Origin: Octopus sinensis | Taxonomy: Eukaryota | Reading direction: 5' to 3' | Assembly (NCBI RefSeq): GCF_006345805.1 | Contig: NC_042998.1 | Coordinates: forward strand, 170,500,001-170,564,000 | Length of the DNA stretch: 64,000 nucleotides | Shown here: piece by piece, positions 50,722-63,156 of the stretch | How positions within the stretch are numbered: the first letter of the stretch is position 1 | How the letters are laid out: every line of letters starts with the position of its first letter | Notes under the pieces: model-generated | What the model was told of the DNA's origin: nothing | Database searches by the model: none | The model's input: only the letters and a program-made list of their open reading frames with translations | Translations under genes and position numbers: made by a program

Positions 50722-50934
50722 AAAATAAAAACAATAAAATAATTAATTAAATAAATTAATAAATATACGTATATAATCTTGTAAAATATGAAATATCTTA
50801 ACAGATATATTCTTGTGTAAATAAAAAAATAGAATAAAGATGTATAAATATTTATTATATCTATAAAAATAAAACTTTAACATATATAATAAAAGAATAA
50901 TAAGCTATAATATATCATTACTAGAAAATAAAAT

Positions 50935-51800
50935 ACAATTAATCATACACACATACACACTCACACAAACATACACACACACATACTTACACACACACTC
51001 ACCTGCACGCGCACACACATGCATGACAAACACCCATACACTCACACTCACATACGCACACACCAACATAAACACGCACACACACACACCTACACTCCCA
51101 CACACGTACACACACACCTACATACACATGCATACACACACACACACACACAAACATGCACGGACACACCCGACATACATACCACACTTATATACACACG
51201 CCCACACACACCATACACACAACATTACACAGCCCACACACCTACATACACACACATACATACACACACATACACGGACACACCCTACATACTTACATAC
51301 ATACACCTATACACACCTACATATCACACACATGCATACACACACACACAGTACGCACATACACACAACATATACGCACATACATATATACCCACCACAC
51401 ATGCACACACCCCACAAACATACACACATGCATGCACACGCGCACACCTACACGCATACACACACACACACACACGTACACATACATACATACACACACA
51501 CATACATACACCCATACACATAACATGCATCCTACACACATACATACCACTCACACATACATACACACACACACTCACTCACACACCTGTATGTACGCGC
51601 GCACACACATGCACATACACACACTTCCACACACCCACACGTACATACATGCACACTCATACACATACACACACACACACACACGGACATACATCTATGC
51701 ACACACATATATACACACATACTCACATACATTCATCGGACACACTGACACCCAGACATACACACAGACACACTCACACATCCACACACATACATACTTA
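50935..51800. repeat. Long degenerate (CA)n-type tract
   Basis: Directly visible; source of the His/Thr-rich ORFs. Confidence 0.95.
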
Positions 51801-52534
51801 CGCGCATACTCGCAGGCGCGCGCACACACGCGCTTGCGCTGGTTCGCGCACGCATACGCGCCGCATGCACCTCACTCTTGGACCCGACGAGGCCTCCCGC
51901 TCGTTCCTGGGACCGTCGCTTGTCGTTGGGTTTTCCCACGCCCGTCTCCGCGGGACCACTCTTCCATCTTCCCCTCACTTAGTCCTTTTTTCCTTAACCC
52001 CCCCTTTTTTTGTTACACACACACGCGCACACATATACACACTTGCTTAAATATATACATTACTCTTACACACATTCAATCTACTCGCCATTATACTACC
52101 ACGACACGACACTGGACACACCACACACACACTACTACTCAACACACGCTGGCACGCTACATACGCCCCCACCCCTTCCCCTCCCTCCCTTCCTCTTTCC
52201 TTCTTTTTCTTACTACTGATCACTGTCTGCTTGCCTACCACTGTCTCGCCCTACCTCACACGCCTACACACAGACGCACACACTAACACATACATATATT
52301 TTTTGTTTTTTTATCTCGCCTCACACACACACATACACACACGCACACACTCACACATCTGTTGTGTTACCAACCTTGTCTCCACTCTTTGGCTTTAAAA
52401 ACCTACTTTGCTCTTGTTATCGTAAACTTCCGCCTTTCACCATGTGTAACTCGTAAACACCAGTCGTTTTTTTTTTTTTTTCTATCCCTGTTGCCCGCTT
52501 TGGGATCTTTCTTTCCTCTCTCTTCCTTCTTTAT

Positions 52535-52569
52535 GTTTCCGACGAAGAGCTCCGCTCGAAACGTCATAC
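52535..52569 (+). ncRNA. Minimal hammerhead-like motif related to family A (U4-to-C variant)
   Basis: GTTT-CCGACGA-A-GAGC-TCC-GCTC-GAAAC-GTC-ATAC; stem I imperfect. Confidence 0.5.
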
Positions 52570-52686
52570 TTTCCTGCTTCCATTTCCTGAGCGCCTATTA
52601 ATAATTATACTGTAATTGTTCCATTGTTGTTGTTTTTTTGTTTTCCCGTTTGGATTAAAATTATATATATATATATATATTATATA

Positions 52687-53893
52687 TAGGTAAACAGTAA
52701 AAATAATTACAGACATGGACAAGAACATGAAACACACAGAGACGACACAAGAACCACAGGATGGGACATTCGAAGCCCTCAGTCATCAGTCAAGAACCAG
52801 ATCATCTTAGCATTTCGGCTGATTAATCTTGAGATTGCTCCGATATGGCCAGCCAGCCAAGGGAAATCTAAGCCAAGCGCATTAGATCCCCTGGAAGAAA
52901 GCTTCGAATGTATACAACGCGACGGAAAACACGAAGAGTACATAAACAAAAATACAGAATACGTGACACCAATAAGAATACAAAAACGTAAAAACAATAA
53001 CGGTAAAAATAAAAATAAAAAATAAACAACAAAACAAAACCAGGACGTGTGGACAAGGGTCTTTCGACAGGACGAGTTGAGTATGGGGCTGGCTTGTGAG
53101 TTGTGCCTAATGGCCACGGGAGACGAACAAATACGTGTTGCTTCTGCGGCTGCTGAAAACGAAAAGAGCGCTCAACGGCAGCTAGCTGTCACGTGAGAAC
53201 AGAAGACAGGAGAAAGGACAGATGAAAAGAGAGAGAAGGTGGACGAGGGAGGAGAAGAAAGAGACAGATCGAGGGGGCTGGAGGTGAGAGAGATAGAGAA
53301 ACGTAGAAGGGGGGGGGGGAGACGGATGGAGAGGGAAAGAAAGGAAGGGAATAAGGAGGAGAGAGAGAGAGAAAAAGAGACAGATTAAGAGTCGTATCAA
53401 TGCTAGAGAAAAAATATACTTATCGTATAAGGTCAATTGTGGATACGTAGCCGCCGATTATATAGGTAAACAGTAAAAATAATTACAGACATGGACAAGA
53501 ACATGAAACACCACAGAGACGACACAAGAACCACAGGACGGGACATTCGAAGCCCTCAGTCATCAGTCAAGAACCAGATCATCTTAGCAATTTCGGCTGA
53601 TTAATCTTGAGATTGCTCCGATATGGCCAGCCAGCCAAGGGAAATCTAAGCCAAGCGCATTAGATCCCCTGGAAGAAAGCTTCGAATGTATACAACGCGA
53701 GGACGGAAAACGAACGAAGTACATAAACAAAAATACAGAATACGTGACACCAATAAGAATACAAAAACGTAAAACAATAACGGTAAAAATAAAAATAAAA
53801 ATAAACAACAAAACAAAACCAGGACGTGGGACAAGGGTCTTTCGACAGGACGAGTTGAGTATGGGGCTGGCTTGTGAAGTTGTGCCTAATGGC
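52687..53893. repeat. About 430-bp direct repeats (52687-53114 and 53463-53893) around a 350-bp middle; unclassified, possibly Penelope-like partial tandem
   Basis: High identity by eye; no TG..CA ends. Confidence 0.85.
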
Positions 53894-53936
<43 letters not shown>

Positions 53937-54640
53937 CAAAATATACATTAAGTGAAAACAAAAATACTATAATTTAATGTATATACATTAAATTAAATTA
54001 TTTATTTATTTATTTATTTAATAAACATCTAAATTAAATCTTATTCTCATTAAGTAATATATACTAAAAAAACTTCATGTTAAGTAATATACATAATGCT
54101 AGTACAAGCTAATAATTATCAAGAAATTATATATAAATTAATATTTTAATAACAATAATAATAATAATCAAACATAATACAATTCAAAAGTTAAATAATA
54201 TTGTTAAATAAAAAATGTTACTTATCTCGTCAATGAATATTATATAACTGAATTTTAAACGTAAATATGTAGGTCTTAGCGTTTATAAGAAATTAAACTC
54301 GTGAAGACATTGTGTAAAAAGATAGAATAAAATTATCAATGAAAATGGCGAAATATATTTATTAATGAAAACGACTAAAAATATTTAAGCTTCAAGAATT
54401 AAAGATAAATAAAGAAAAATAGAATAACAAAAGAACTATAAATGACTATTTACTATAAATCAAATTCCCAATAATTATTAAGTAAAATATACATATAATA
54501 TTAAATTAATTTATATTATTATAACTAATATCTTAATATATTTGTATAATTTTAAACTTGGATATTTCTAAATGATAATATATAATTTTATTAATATAAC
54601 AACATAGTAGATTATACACTAATATTCCCTCATATTATAA

Positions 54641-54731
<91 letters not shown>

Positions 54732-54737
54732 CATACA

Positions 54738-56029
54738 CTAGCAGAGATGCCTGTGTTACATGCAATTGAAGAATTAGACTTTTCTGTTATGAACTGGAAT
54801 ATCTATTTCGAATTTCATCAAAATTGCAGATGAGGGTTATTTCCCTCTTTACACACCCTAAAAAAATTGTAATCATGCCACATGTATCCCATACTACTGA
54901 TTTTTTATGCGCATATTCCAAAATTCCAGTCTTATTGAACCTGTTAAAAAGATTTTGCTCCTGAAAAATGAAGGTCATGGAGCTCTAAAATGTGAGAGTT
55001 AAAGCCCCTGTTGGGGGTGGGCATCTTAATGTCAACCAGAGAAGTTGAATTGTTGAGAATCTTTTTAACTTGGGTCTTATATCTATTTGAATTTCTTTGA
55101 AATAGGAAATATATGTTCACTGGGTTTGTAAAAGAGAGCAAAGCTACAGGAAACCAAAAGACGACTGATCACAATAAGCAGTCAGCTACCCTACCCTAGT
55201 CGTTACCACTCCCAATGTAGGATTCCTCACCATCCAGGTGACAGGCACAGCCGTAAGATGCATTACAAATCTATAGCAATTGGAAGGGTGTGATCCAACT
55301 GAAATAAACATTAACAACTGTGTGACGTAAGAGCTAAGGAGAAATGAAAGTGTCACCTCTGGAGTTTGCAAATGACCACTATACTGATATGTAACTGGAC
55401 AGAATAAATTTAAAATCTATAAATGTCTTTGAATAACCAGTCACTCATCTGGGAAGGCCTTGAAATCAATATTACCATCTGGGGACTATGTGTGACCCAG
55501 TGATAATAAAAAGACTGAAAGGAGGTCTGCAATCAAATAACTTTACTCAACACTTTGCAACTGAATCAGTGGAGGCAAGGATGCCTCTCATTTACTTGAC
55601 AATTTATGCACCACATTGCAGAAATCACAATGTAAGTGTATGTCAAAGCAAACTGTTACACTGTTGTACCATTGAATTACAAATAATGCTCATCTTTTAT
55701 GCTCGGGTAACCCTACAGCTTCCAAGAGCACAACTGTATTTGTTTTTGCTTAGATAAAATTACAAAATTATGGGTGTTAAGTCCCCATGAGGTGGCCTTT
55801 CTAACTTGTAAGAAGATGAAATTTTATAAATATTACTTCATTTGTGTCTAATATCTATGGTAATCATTTCATCAACAGCAAAAATATATGAATTGTCATG
55901 GGGGTTATGGCCCTTATGCATAGAATATAATTTCCAAATTTCATAAAGATCCATTCAGTACTTTTGACATAGTTTTGGATCATAAAAGAAATTACTAAAA
56001 TTTGGGAGTTAAGGCCCCCATTAGGGTGT

Positions 56030-56051
<22 letters not shown>
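54738..56051 (-). mobile_element. Non-autonomous Helitron (about 1.3 kb)
   Basis: Minus strand begins TC(TATATATA), has ggatctttatgaaatttgg, and ends with a decayed hairpin (gcatgtaacacaggc) plus CTAG|T. Confidence 0.7.
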
Positions 56052-56067
<16 letters not shown>

Positions 56068-56262
56068 TATACACACACACACATACAAAATATGTGATAC
56101 AGCCTAGTACTTTTTTATGTTGATAAGCCTAGTACTTATTCTATTAGTTTGTTCTTGTGAAACCAGTAAGTTATGGAGATGTAAATAAATGAACAGCAGT
56201 TGTGAAGCAGTGATGAGGGCGAAACACAGAGACAAAGACACACACATACACTTACATATCAT

Positions 56263-56790
56263 CATCATCATCATCATCGTTTAACGTTCGCTTTCCATGC
56301 TAGCATGGGTTGGATGGTTCGACCGGGGCCTGGGAAGCCAGAAGGCTGCACCTGGCACCAGTCTGATCTGGCAGTGTTTCTACAGCTTGATGACCTTCCT
56401 AATGCTAACCACTCCATGAGTGTAGTGGGTGCTTTTTACATGTCACCGGCACAGAGGCCAGAGGAGGCTGGCAAATGGCCACAATCGGTTGGCGCTTTTA
56501 TGTGTCACCGACAGGGATGCCAGTCAGGCGGTGCTGGCTTCTGCCACATTTGGACGGTGCTTTTAACGTGTCACCGGCACTGATATCTTAACTACAATTT
56601 CCATTTGATTTTCATTTTGACGTTAGTGCTAACGTACTTGACTCAATAGGTCTCCTCAAGAACAGTGGATCACTCTACGATCCAAGGTTAACAAAGCAGA
56701 CCGTCCTACAAGCCATGAACTCACTTCATTTGTTGGGTCTTCGAAATCACAGCATATCTCCAGAGGTCTCGGTCTTTCGTCATATACGAT
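56263..56790 (-). mobile_element. RTE 3'-UTR fragment with (ATG)n tail
   Basis: Reverse-complement match to 26780-27535. Confidence 0.85.
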
Positions 56791-56809
56791 TGATTTGTTT
56801 CAGTTCCTG

Positions 56810-57255
56810 TCTACAAAATCCATATATATATATATAGATATATATATGTATGTATACACACACACACACACACAAAGATGAATTGATAGATACAACTGAG
56901 TGGGCAAACATAAATATGAGACACTGCCTAGTGCTTTTTTTTTTATTTTGATAAGCCTGGTACTTATTCTATCAGTTTCTTGTGAAACCAGTAAGTTATG
57001 GGGATGTAAATAAACGAACAGTAGTTGTGAAGCAGTGATGAGGGAGAAACACAAAGACACACACATAGACTTGCATATATACATACATATATATACAATT
57101 GATTTCTTTCAGTTTCTGTCTACAAAATCCACTGACAAGGCTTTGGTTGGTCTGAGGCTATAGCAGAAGACACATTCCAAATTACCACACAGTGGGACTG
57201 AACTGAGGATCATGTGTTTTGGAACCAAGTTTGTTACCACACAGCCACACCTGCA
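56810..57255 (-). mobile_element. Rearranged tRNA-derived SINE pieces (family of 45177-45590)
   Basis: cagtttctgtctacaaaatccac..gaagacacattcc..gactgaac..accacacagccac. Confidence 0.7.
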
Positions 57256-57321
57256 CCTATGTATGTGTGTGTATGTGGGTGGGTGGGTGTATGTTGGTGT
57301 GTGTATGTATGTGTGTGGGTC

Positions 57322-57595
57322 ACCAACCAGTGTCAAATTAATCTCAGAACTTGAGGCAATCCAACGAAGCTACACGAAGAAGATAGCCTCTATGCAGCAT
57401 ATAAGCTATTGGGAAAGACTCAAGAGATTAAGACTCTATTCCTCAGAGCGTAGGCAAGAAAGATATGCCATAATATACATCTGGAAGATCCTGGAAGGAC
57501 TTGTCCCAAACTTTGGCATCGAGAGTTACACAAATACTAGAACTGGATGCCACTGCATAGTGCCAAGGACTCCAAATTTGCCATCAATTAAAATA
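57322..57595 (+). mobile_element. CR1/L2-group LINE fragment (family of 44183-45075)
   Basis: ELEAIQRSYTKKI..SYWERLKRLRLYS..RRQERY..YIWKILEGLVPNFG. Confidence 0.85.
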
Positions 57596-58019
57596 TATGA
57601 TTAATCCTGGTTGAAATATGAAGACCATTACCAGCAAGCCATTACACATGCACATAACTACAAATGTCTTCTGAAGTGAAGCCAGTTTCCAGTTATGTAC
57701 TTTATGTTTTGAAATAATTTGAATGTAAAAATTGTAAATAAACATAATATCAAAATTACTGGATTCTTGTGATATATTTTGGAATATGTAACAATCTGTT
57801 TTGAAATAATTTGATTGCAATAATATTTTTGAATGCATCTTATTATATTTTAAAATGAGAAAAGTCATCTGTAAATCTCTGGCTGTTTGTAGATTCCTTA
57901 ATCTTCCATAACCCCTTTTTTCAAATTGGTTTGTATCTCCAGGTCCTTTTGGTCTCAAGTTTGAAGTCACTAAACACTAACCTATGTTGAGTTGTAGATT
58001 ATTCAGGAGCAGAGCCAAT

Positions 58020-58430
58020 TGTCAGATGTGGAATGGAATGGACAAAAGAGGAAATGTAGAAATTTTGACAGAAAAACAAGAAAACTGTTGACTATGTATG
58101 GAGCCATCATCCAAAAGCTGATATCAGCCAATTTTGTAATTCAAGAGGGATCAGGGTGGAAGAGTCTTAATTGAAGTAGAAGAGTGTCTGCAGATGGAAT
58201 AAAGCAGCTTACTTCATTATGTGCAGGGCAAGACAGAAAAGTAGATACAGGCAGTGAATAAAGAACAGGCGATCAAGATTGGAAAAGAAGAGGACAAAAA
58301 CGAAATTCAAAGAGAATATATTAAACAGATTTAAGAGAAGCCTTTGCATGGTCAGTCTTGGAAAGCCACTGAAGATGTATGTGAAATAAAATTCTGGGTT
58401 TTGGCTGAAAAAAGATAATTGCAAGATCAA
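58020..58430 (+). mobile_element. Decayed R4/Dong-like fragment
   Basis: WTKEE...DRKTRKLLTMYG.HHPKADI..GGR.LIE remnant, homologous to 22620-23060. Confidence 0.6.
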
Positions 58431-58439
58431 GTACTGCTA

Positions 58440-59385
58440 CACCAGTCATTGGGTATGACTCCTTCGTGTATCACCTGGTTAACTATATGGGTGACTAGGC
58501 TATAGCCAACACTACCAGATATTTTGAGCATCTCTGCAGTAATTCCTGATGGGCCTGGGGCTTTCCCTGTCTTCATGCTTCTAATTGCCTTAACTACCAA
58601 GGAACTGTCAACTCAGATAGCTGGTCCCTCTGTTGGGTTGACATTTGGCAGACTCTCTTTATCCCATTCATTTTCTTTATTCAGCAACCTTTCATAGTGG
58701 TGTCTCCAAAACTCTCTCTTTGCATCCTCATTTAGCACAAATGAACCATCATCCATGCGAACACATTTCTCTCCTACTACATCACGATTCTCTCTCGCAC
58801 ACTGTCTTGTAACACAAAATACCTCAAGGCTTTGGTCCTCACGGCGTAGAACATTGGCAAATTTTTTCTTATCTGCTTCCCCTCTGGTAAATAAACCTGC
58901 CTCCTAGCTTCCCTTCTGGCAGTCTGATACACTTCCCTGCTACCACCATTCTTCCAGTCCTTCCAAGCCTTGTCAACAACATTGTTCCACCACCACGTTA
59001 TTTTGGGTCGAGAGGGGACTTTGTACCATCCACAGATCTGGTTGGTGGCCCTTAGCAGGTTGTCCCGTAGGAACCTCCAGTTGTCTTCTATACCATGTGA
59101 AGCTATATCCCCTTCTATTTCGTCAAAGGCTCCGAGTAAAATGTCTCTAAATCTCTGTCCATTTGCAGAATCTTTAAGTCTCCAGACCCTTCTTCTTGCG
59201 GGTCGTCTTCTGGGCATCCATTTAGCCCTGATCCTGAAGTCACTAACTACCAGTCTATGTTGTGGGGTACATTCTTCACCAGGGAAGGCTTTGGCATTTA
59301 TAAGCAGCCATCTTTCCCTTTTTCTGGTGAGGATGTAGTCAATCTGTCTAGTATGCCTGCCAGATCAGTAGGTGACTAGGTGGCT
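58440..59385 (-). mobile_element. RTE LINE fragment (endonuclease-RT linker)
   Basis: QIDYIL..K..PGEEC.PQH.LVVSDF and KITWWWNNVVDKA remnants; ORF 58777-59217. Confidence 0.8.
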
Positions 59386-59581
59386 CACTACCTAGAAAAT
59401 CTTCTATATATATATATATATCACAAAATAGTTTTCAACCTTTCTGTTTTGTTATACAATAACTGTGCAAAAAATATTTCCTTAATTCTCACTTTTAATA
59501 TGTATTTTGACTATTTTTTTCTGTTGTCATCAGACACCTAATTCCTCTTTTCATTCCTACTCACCTTCTCCTTTCGTTGAT

Positions 59582-60900
59582 ACATCATCATCATCATCAT
59601 TGATCGACCGTGGTCGAGACAATGGAATTTACCATGTTGCGCCAGACTTCACGGTCCATCATAGCATTACGGAGGTCCTGTTGCTGGATGCCTGCATCCC
59701 TGGAGATTACATCAGGGTAGGAGAGTGTGCGCCCTCTGGTGTTGCAAGTAGATGACTTCCAGAGGAGAAGAGTAGAAATTACTTCTTTTTCAGCTCTACA
59801 ACAATGTCCAGCAAACTGGACTCTCCTACCTTTCACAAGAGATGACACAGGTGGTAATTTCCCATATATTTGCATTTTAGTTGGATGGCGCCTCCACGAG
59901 AGATTTTGAGCTCTCATAAGGAGGCGAGTGTAGGTTCCATCCAACCGCCTCTCAAGCTTCTTTGATAACGTCCAGGTTTCTGAGCCATATAGTAGGATGG
60001 TTCGACTGTGGCTTTGAATATTTCAAGTTTGAAGTCTCTACTTAGATTTGATGACCAGATCTTATGCATGTCATTACAGGCTGACCAGGCCATACCCTTT
60101 CTAGTTAGAAAGTCTTTTCCAGATGATGATATGTATGACCCAAGATATTTATAATCAGAAACCATATTTAAAGGTGCACTGTTGAGAGTGTGGATGATGC
60201 AGTCACTGTTGGACAGGCACTTGTTTATGTATTCAGTTTTGGCCTCATTGAGGTAAAGACCTACACAATTTGAGGCTTGTTCAAGAGATTGTAAAAGAGA
60301 CTGGGCATTGGAGAGAGAATCACTGATAAGAGCGATGTCGTCAGCAAAGTCAGTGTCTGTCAAGTACTCAGCTGGGTGTCTGGAACTTCTTCTTGGTTTT
60401 ATTTCAAAGCCCTTGCCAGAGATGGTATCAACTGACATACGTAGCACATAATCAACAACAATGATGAAAAGAAATGGGGCGAGTGTGTCTCCCTGCAGTA
60501 TTCCGGCCTCGATCGAGAAAGATGATGTTTCTCCATCAGGGGTTAAGATGGTTGAAGACGTATCTGTGTAGAGGACCTTGATGGCAGAAATAATTTTGTC
60601 TGGTATCCCATAGAGCTTAAGGATTTCAAACATCTTGTACCTATCTACAGAATCGAACGCTTTAGAAAAGTCTACAAATACCATTGCAAGATCGCGATTA
60701 AATGCTTTTGATTCTTCAATAAGTCTGCGCAGGCATAGTATCTGGCTCAGCGTTGAGCGCCCATGTCTGAATCCATTTTGGTTCTTTCGGAGCAAAGGTT
60801 CAACAAAAAGGACGACGATTTAGGATCAGTTTGTTGTACAGTTTTGCAGCAATTGACATTAGAGATATGCCCCTGTAGTTGGTGACGAGGGACAAATCGC
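59582..60900 (-). mobile_element. RTE-group LINE (second family), RT + 3' end with (ATG)n tail
   Basis: NQNGFRHGRST, FVDFSKAFDS, GILQGDTLAPFLF, DFADD; C-terminal QFAGHC.R; (cat)n at 59582-59600. Confidence 0.9.
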
Positions 60901-61190
60901 CTTTTGATACACCCTCCATCCTCACCCTTAAATCACAACACCACATCACACCACCCCACTTCCCAGCACCCACATATCCACATGTCAAAGTCATCAGCCC
61001 CTATCTACATGCACACACACACTTTCGCATACACGCATGCATGCGCACCTTCGTTTTGGGATCACCAGTACTTTATTATCTCCCCTTCTTCCTAGCTCTA
61101 CTGTCTAACTACCTTTGTCTAACCAATCGCCCTGATTGACCGCTAACTCCAAAAGTTTTTTATTCTCTCTCTGTTTATTTCTTCGTGTTC

Positions 61191-61226
61191 CTTTCTGTTG
61201 AAAAGCATAGGCTCGAAACATAAAAG
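61191..61226 (+). ncRNA. Minimal hammerhead motif, family A, decayed
   Basis: CTTT-CTGTTGA-A-AAGC-ATAG-GCTC-GAAAC-ATA-AAAG. Confidence 0.55.
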
Positions 61227-61798
61227 AATTTCTCACCTTCCCGAGCATCAAACTAATACACCTGCTTGTTGTTTATACACATCTTCTCTATCACCATCGA
61301 TCTCTCTCTCTCTCATTTACTATAATCTCTTTCTCTTTCTCTCTCTTATTTACCATAATCTCTCTCTCATATATATATATATATATTCCCTATCCTTCCC
61401 ATCCCCCATCCTATCCCACACCCCTCCCCCACATACCCAACCTCTACCCCACCCCCACCCGTGCTTTCCCCTCTCTCACCTCTCCTACCTCTCAACAACA
61501 TCACACCACACTACACCATACAACATTACACATCACATCACAACACACCACCCACATACCCATCCCCACATCTTCACACCTACACATACATACACGCACA
61601 CGTCCAGACCACCAGCCCTCTTTCACAAGCACATAATACTCTCTTATACACACATGCACATTTGTGTTGGGGATCATCTTTACCTTGTTATCTCCCCTAC
61701 TTTCCTTCCTGTGTTTGACCCTTCTGTCCAGCATTAGTCGCCATGATAGATCGTTAGCCACTACACACATTTTTTTCTCTCCTTGTTTTTCTGTGTCC

Positions 61799-61834
61799 CT
61801 TTCTGTAGAAGAGCGTAGGCTCGAAACATAAAAG
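61799..61834 (+). ncRNA. Minimal hammerhead motif, family A
   Basis: CTTT-CTGTAGA-A-GAGC-GTAG-GCTC-GAAAC-ATA-AAAG; stems I and II perfect, core A6 altered. Confidence 0.6.
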
Positions 61835-61927
61835 ACTTTTTCTATTCCTGAGCGTTATACTAATACATCTGTTTGTTTTGTACACCACCTGTCTTCGTCT
61901 TTTGATTTTTTCGTAAACTCTCCCTAT

Positions 61928-62520
61928 ATCATCATCATCATCATCATTTAGCGTCCGTTTTCCATGCTAGCATGGGTTGAACAGTTCAACTGGGGTCTGT
62001 GAAGCCGGAAGGCTTCATCAGGCCCAGTCAGATCTGGCAGTGTTTCTACGGCTGGATGCCCTTCCTAACGCCAACCACTCTGTGAGTGTAGTGGGTGCTT
62101 TTTATGTGCCACCCGCACAGGTGCCAGACAGAGCTGGCAAACGGCCATGAATGGATGGTGCTTTTACATGCCACCGGCACGGGGGCCAGGCGAGGCTGGC
62201 AACGAACATGAACGGATGATGCTTTTACGTGCCACCAGCACGGGGGCCAGGCGAGGCTAGCAATGGACACGAACGGATGGTGCTTTTACGTGCCACCGGC
62301 ACAGTGGCCAGGCGAGGCTGGCAACGGACACGAACGGATGGTGCTTTTACGTGCCACTGGCACAAGGCCAGTCGGGGCGGCGCTGGCAACGGTCACAAAC
62401 GGATGGTCCTCTTACGTGCCACCGGCACTGGTAACTCAGCTGCAATTTCCATTGATCGATTTCGATTCTGATCCTCACTTGCCTCAACAGGTCTTCACAA
62501 GTAAGAGTTTTGTTTCCCAA
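61928..62520 (-). mobile_element. RTE 3'-UTR variant with about 60-bp tandem units and (ATG)n tail
   Basis: Repeated gtgcttttacgtgccaccggcac; (cat)n tail at about 61928-61946. Confidence 0.85.
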
Positions 62521-62587
62521 GAAGGGAAGGTATGCATACGTAGGCTGGCTCCATCCCATGTAGAAGGCCACGGGTTATGGTCTCATA

Positions 62588-62678
<91 letters not shown>

Positions 62679-63125
62679 TATTGTCTCTCATGTCTTGCTT
62701 TCATTTTGTTTAAAACTTTTGCTAACGCTTACTTTCATTTTATCACAGCTGCTATGCACAAATCCTGATTGGGTAAAAATGTTCAAACTTTAAACCTCTT
62801 TAAACATTTTCTAGAAAATTTTTCTTGAATAAATAAGTCACAAACTCGAATTCAACATGAAAAAGTTCATCAATATACCAAATTTGAAAACTTTCGCCTA
62901 AGTTTAAACCACAACAGAAAAGACCTCTCTGTCTCTATCTTTCTTTTTCACTTTCATCATGATATCCTTTCCCTCTCTCTATACATTTTTACCATACTCT
63001 CTCACTGAGTGTGTGTGTATGCATGTGTGTAAGGAATTTTATTAGAGCAACAGAATTATTTTAAAAAGTTATGTAAAACATCATTTATTTTAATAGCATA
63101 CTTTTCTCTTTGTAAATGTGTTTTG

Positions 63126-63156
<31 letters not shown>

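Larger units (their letters stand above)
60900..61925 (+). mobile_element. Penelope-like partial tandem repeat with two hammerhead motifs 608 bp apart
   Basis: Diverged direct repeats at about 61130-61290 and 61735-61915, each with a family-A hammerhead. Confidence 0.55.

Noticed and set aside
51019-52286. Long His/Thr-rich ORFs (343 and 376 aa)
   Set aside because: Translations of a degenerate (CA)n tract. The same applies to microsatellite ORFs at 181-515, 9118-9469, 14335-14673, 15517-16245 and 21163-21781.
54300-54360. Possible hammerhead (GTGAAGA-CATTG...CAATG...GGCGAAAT)
   Set aside because: The core and stems cannot all be satisfied, and chance pairing in AT-rich DNA is likely.
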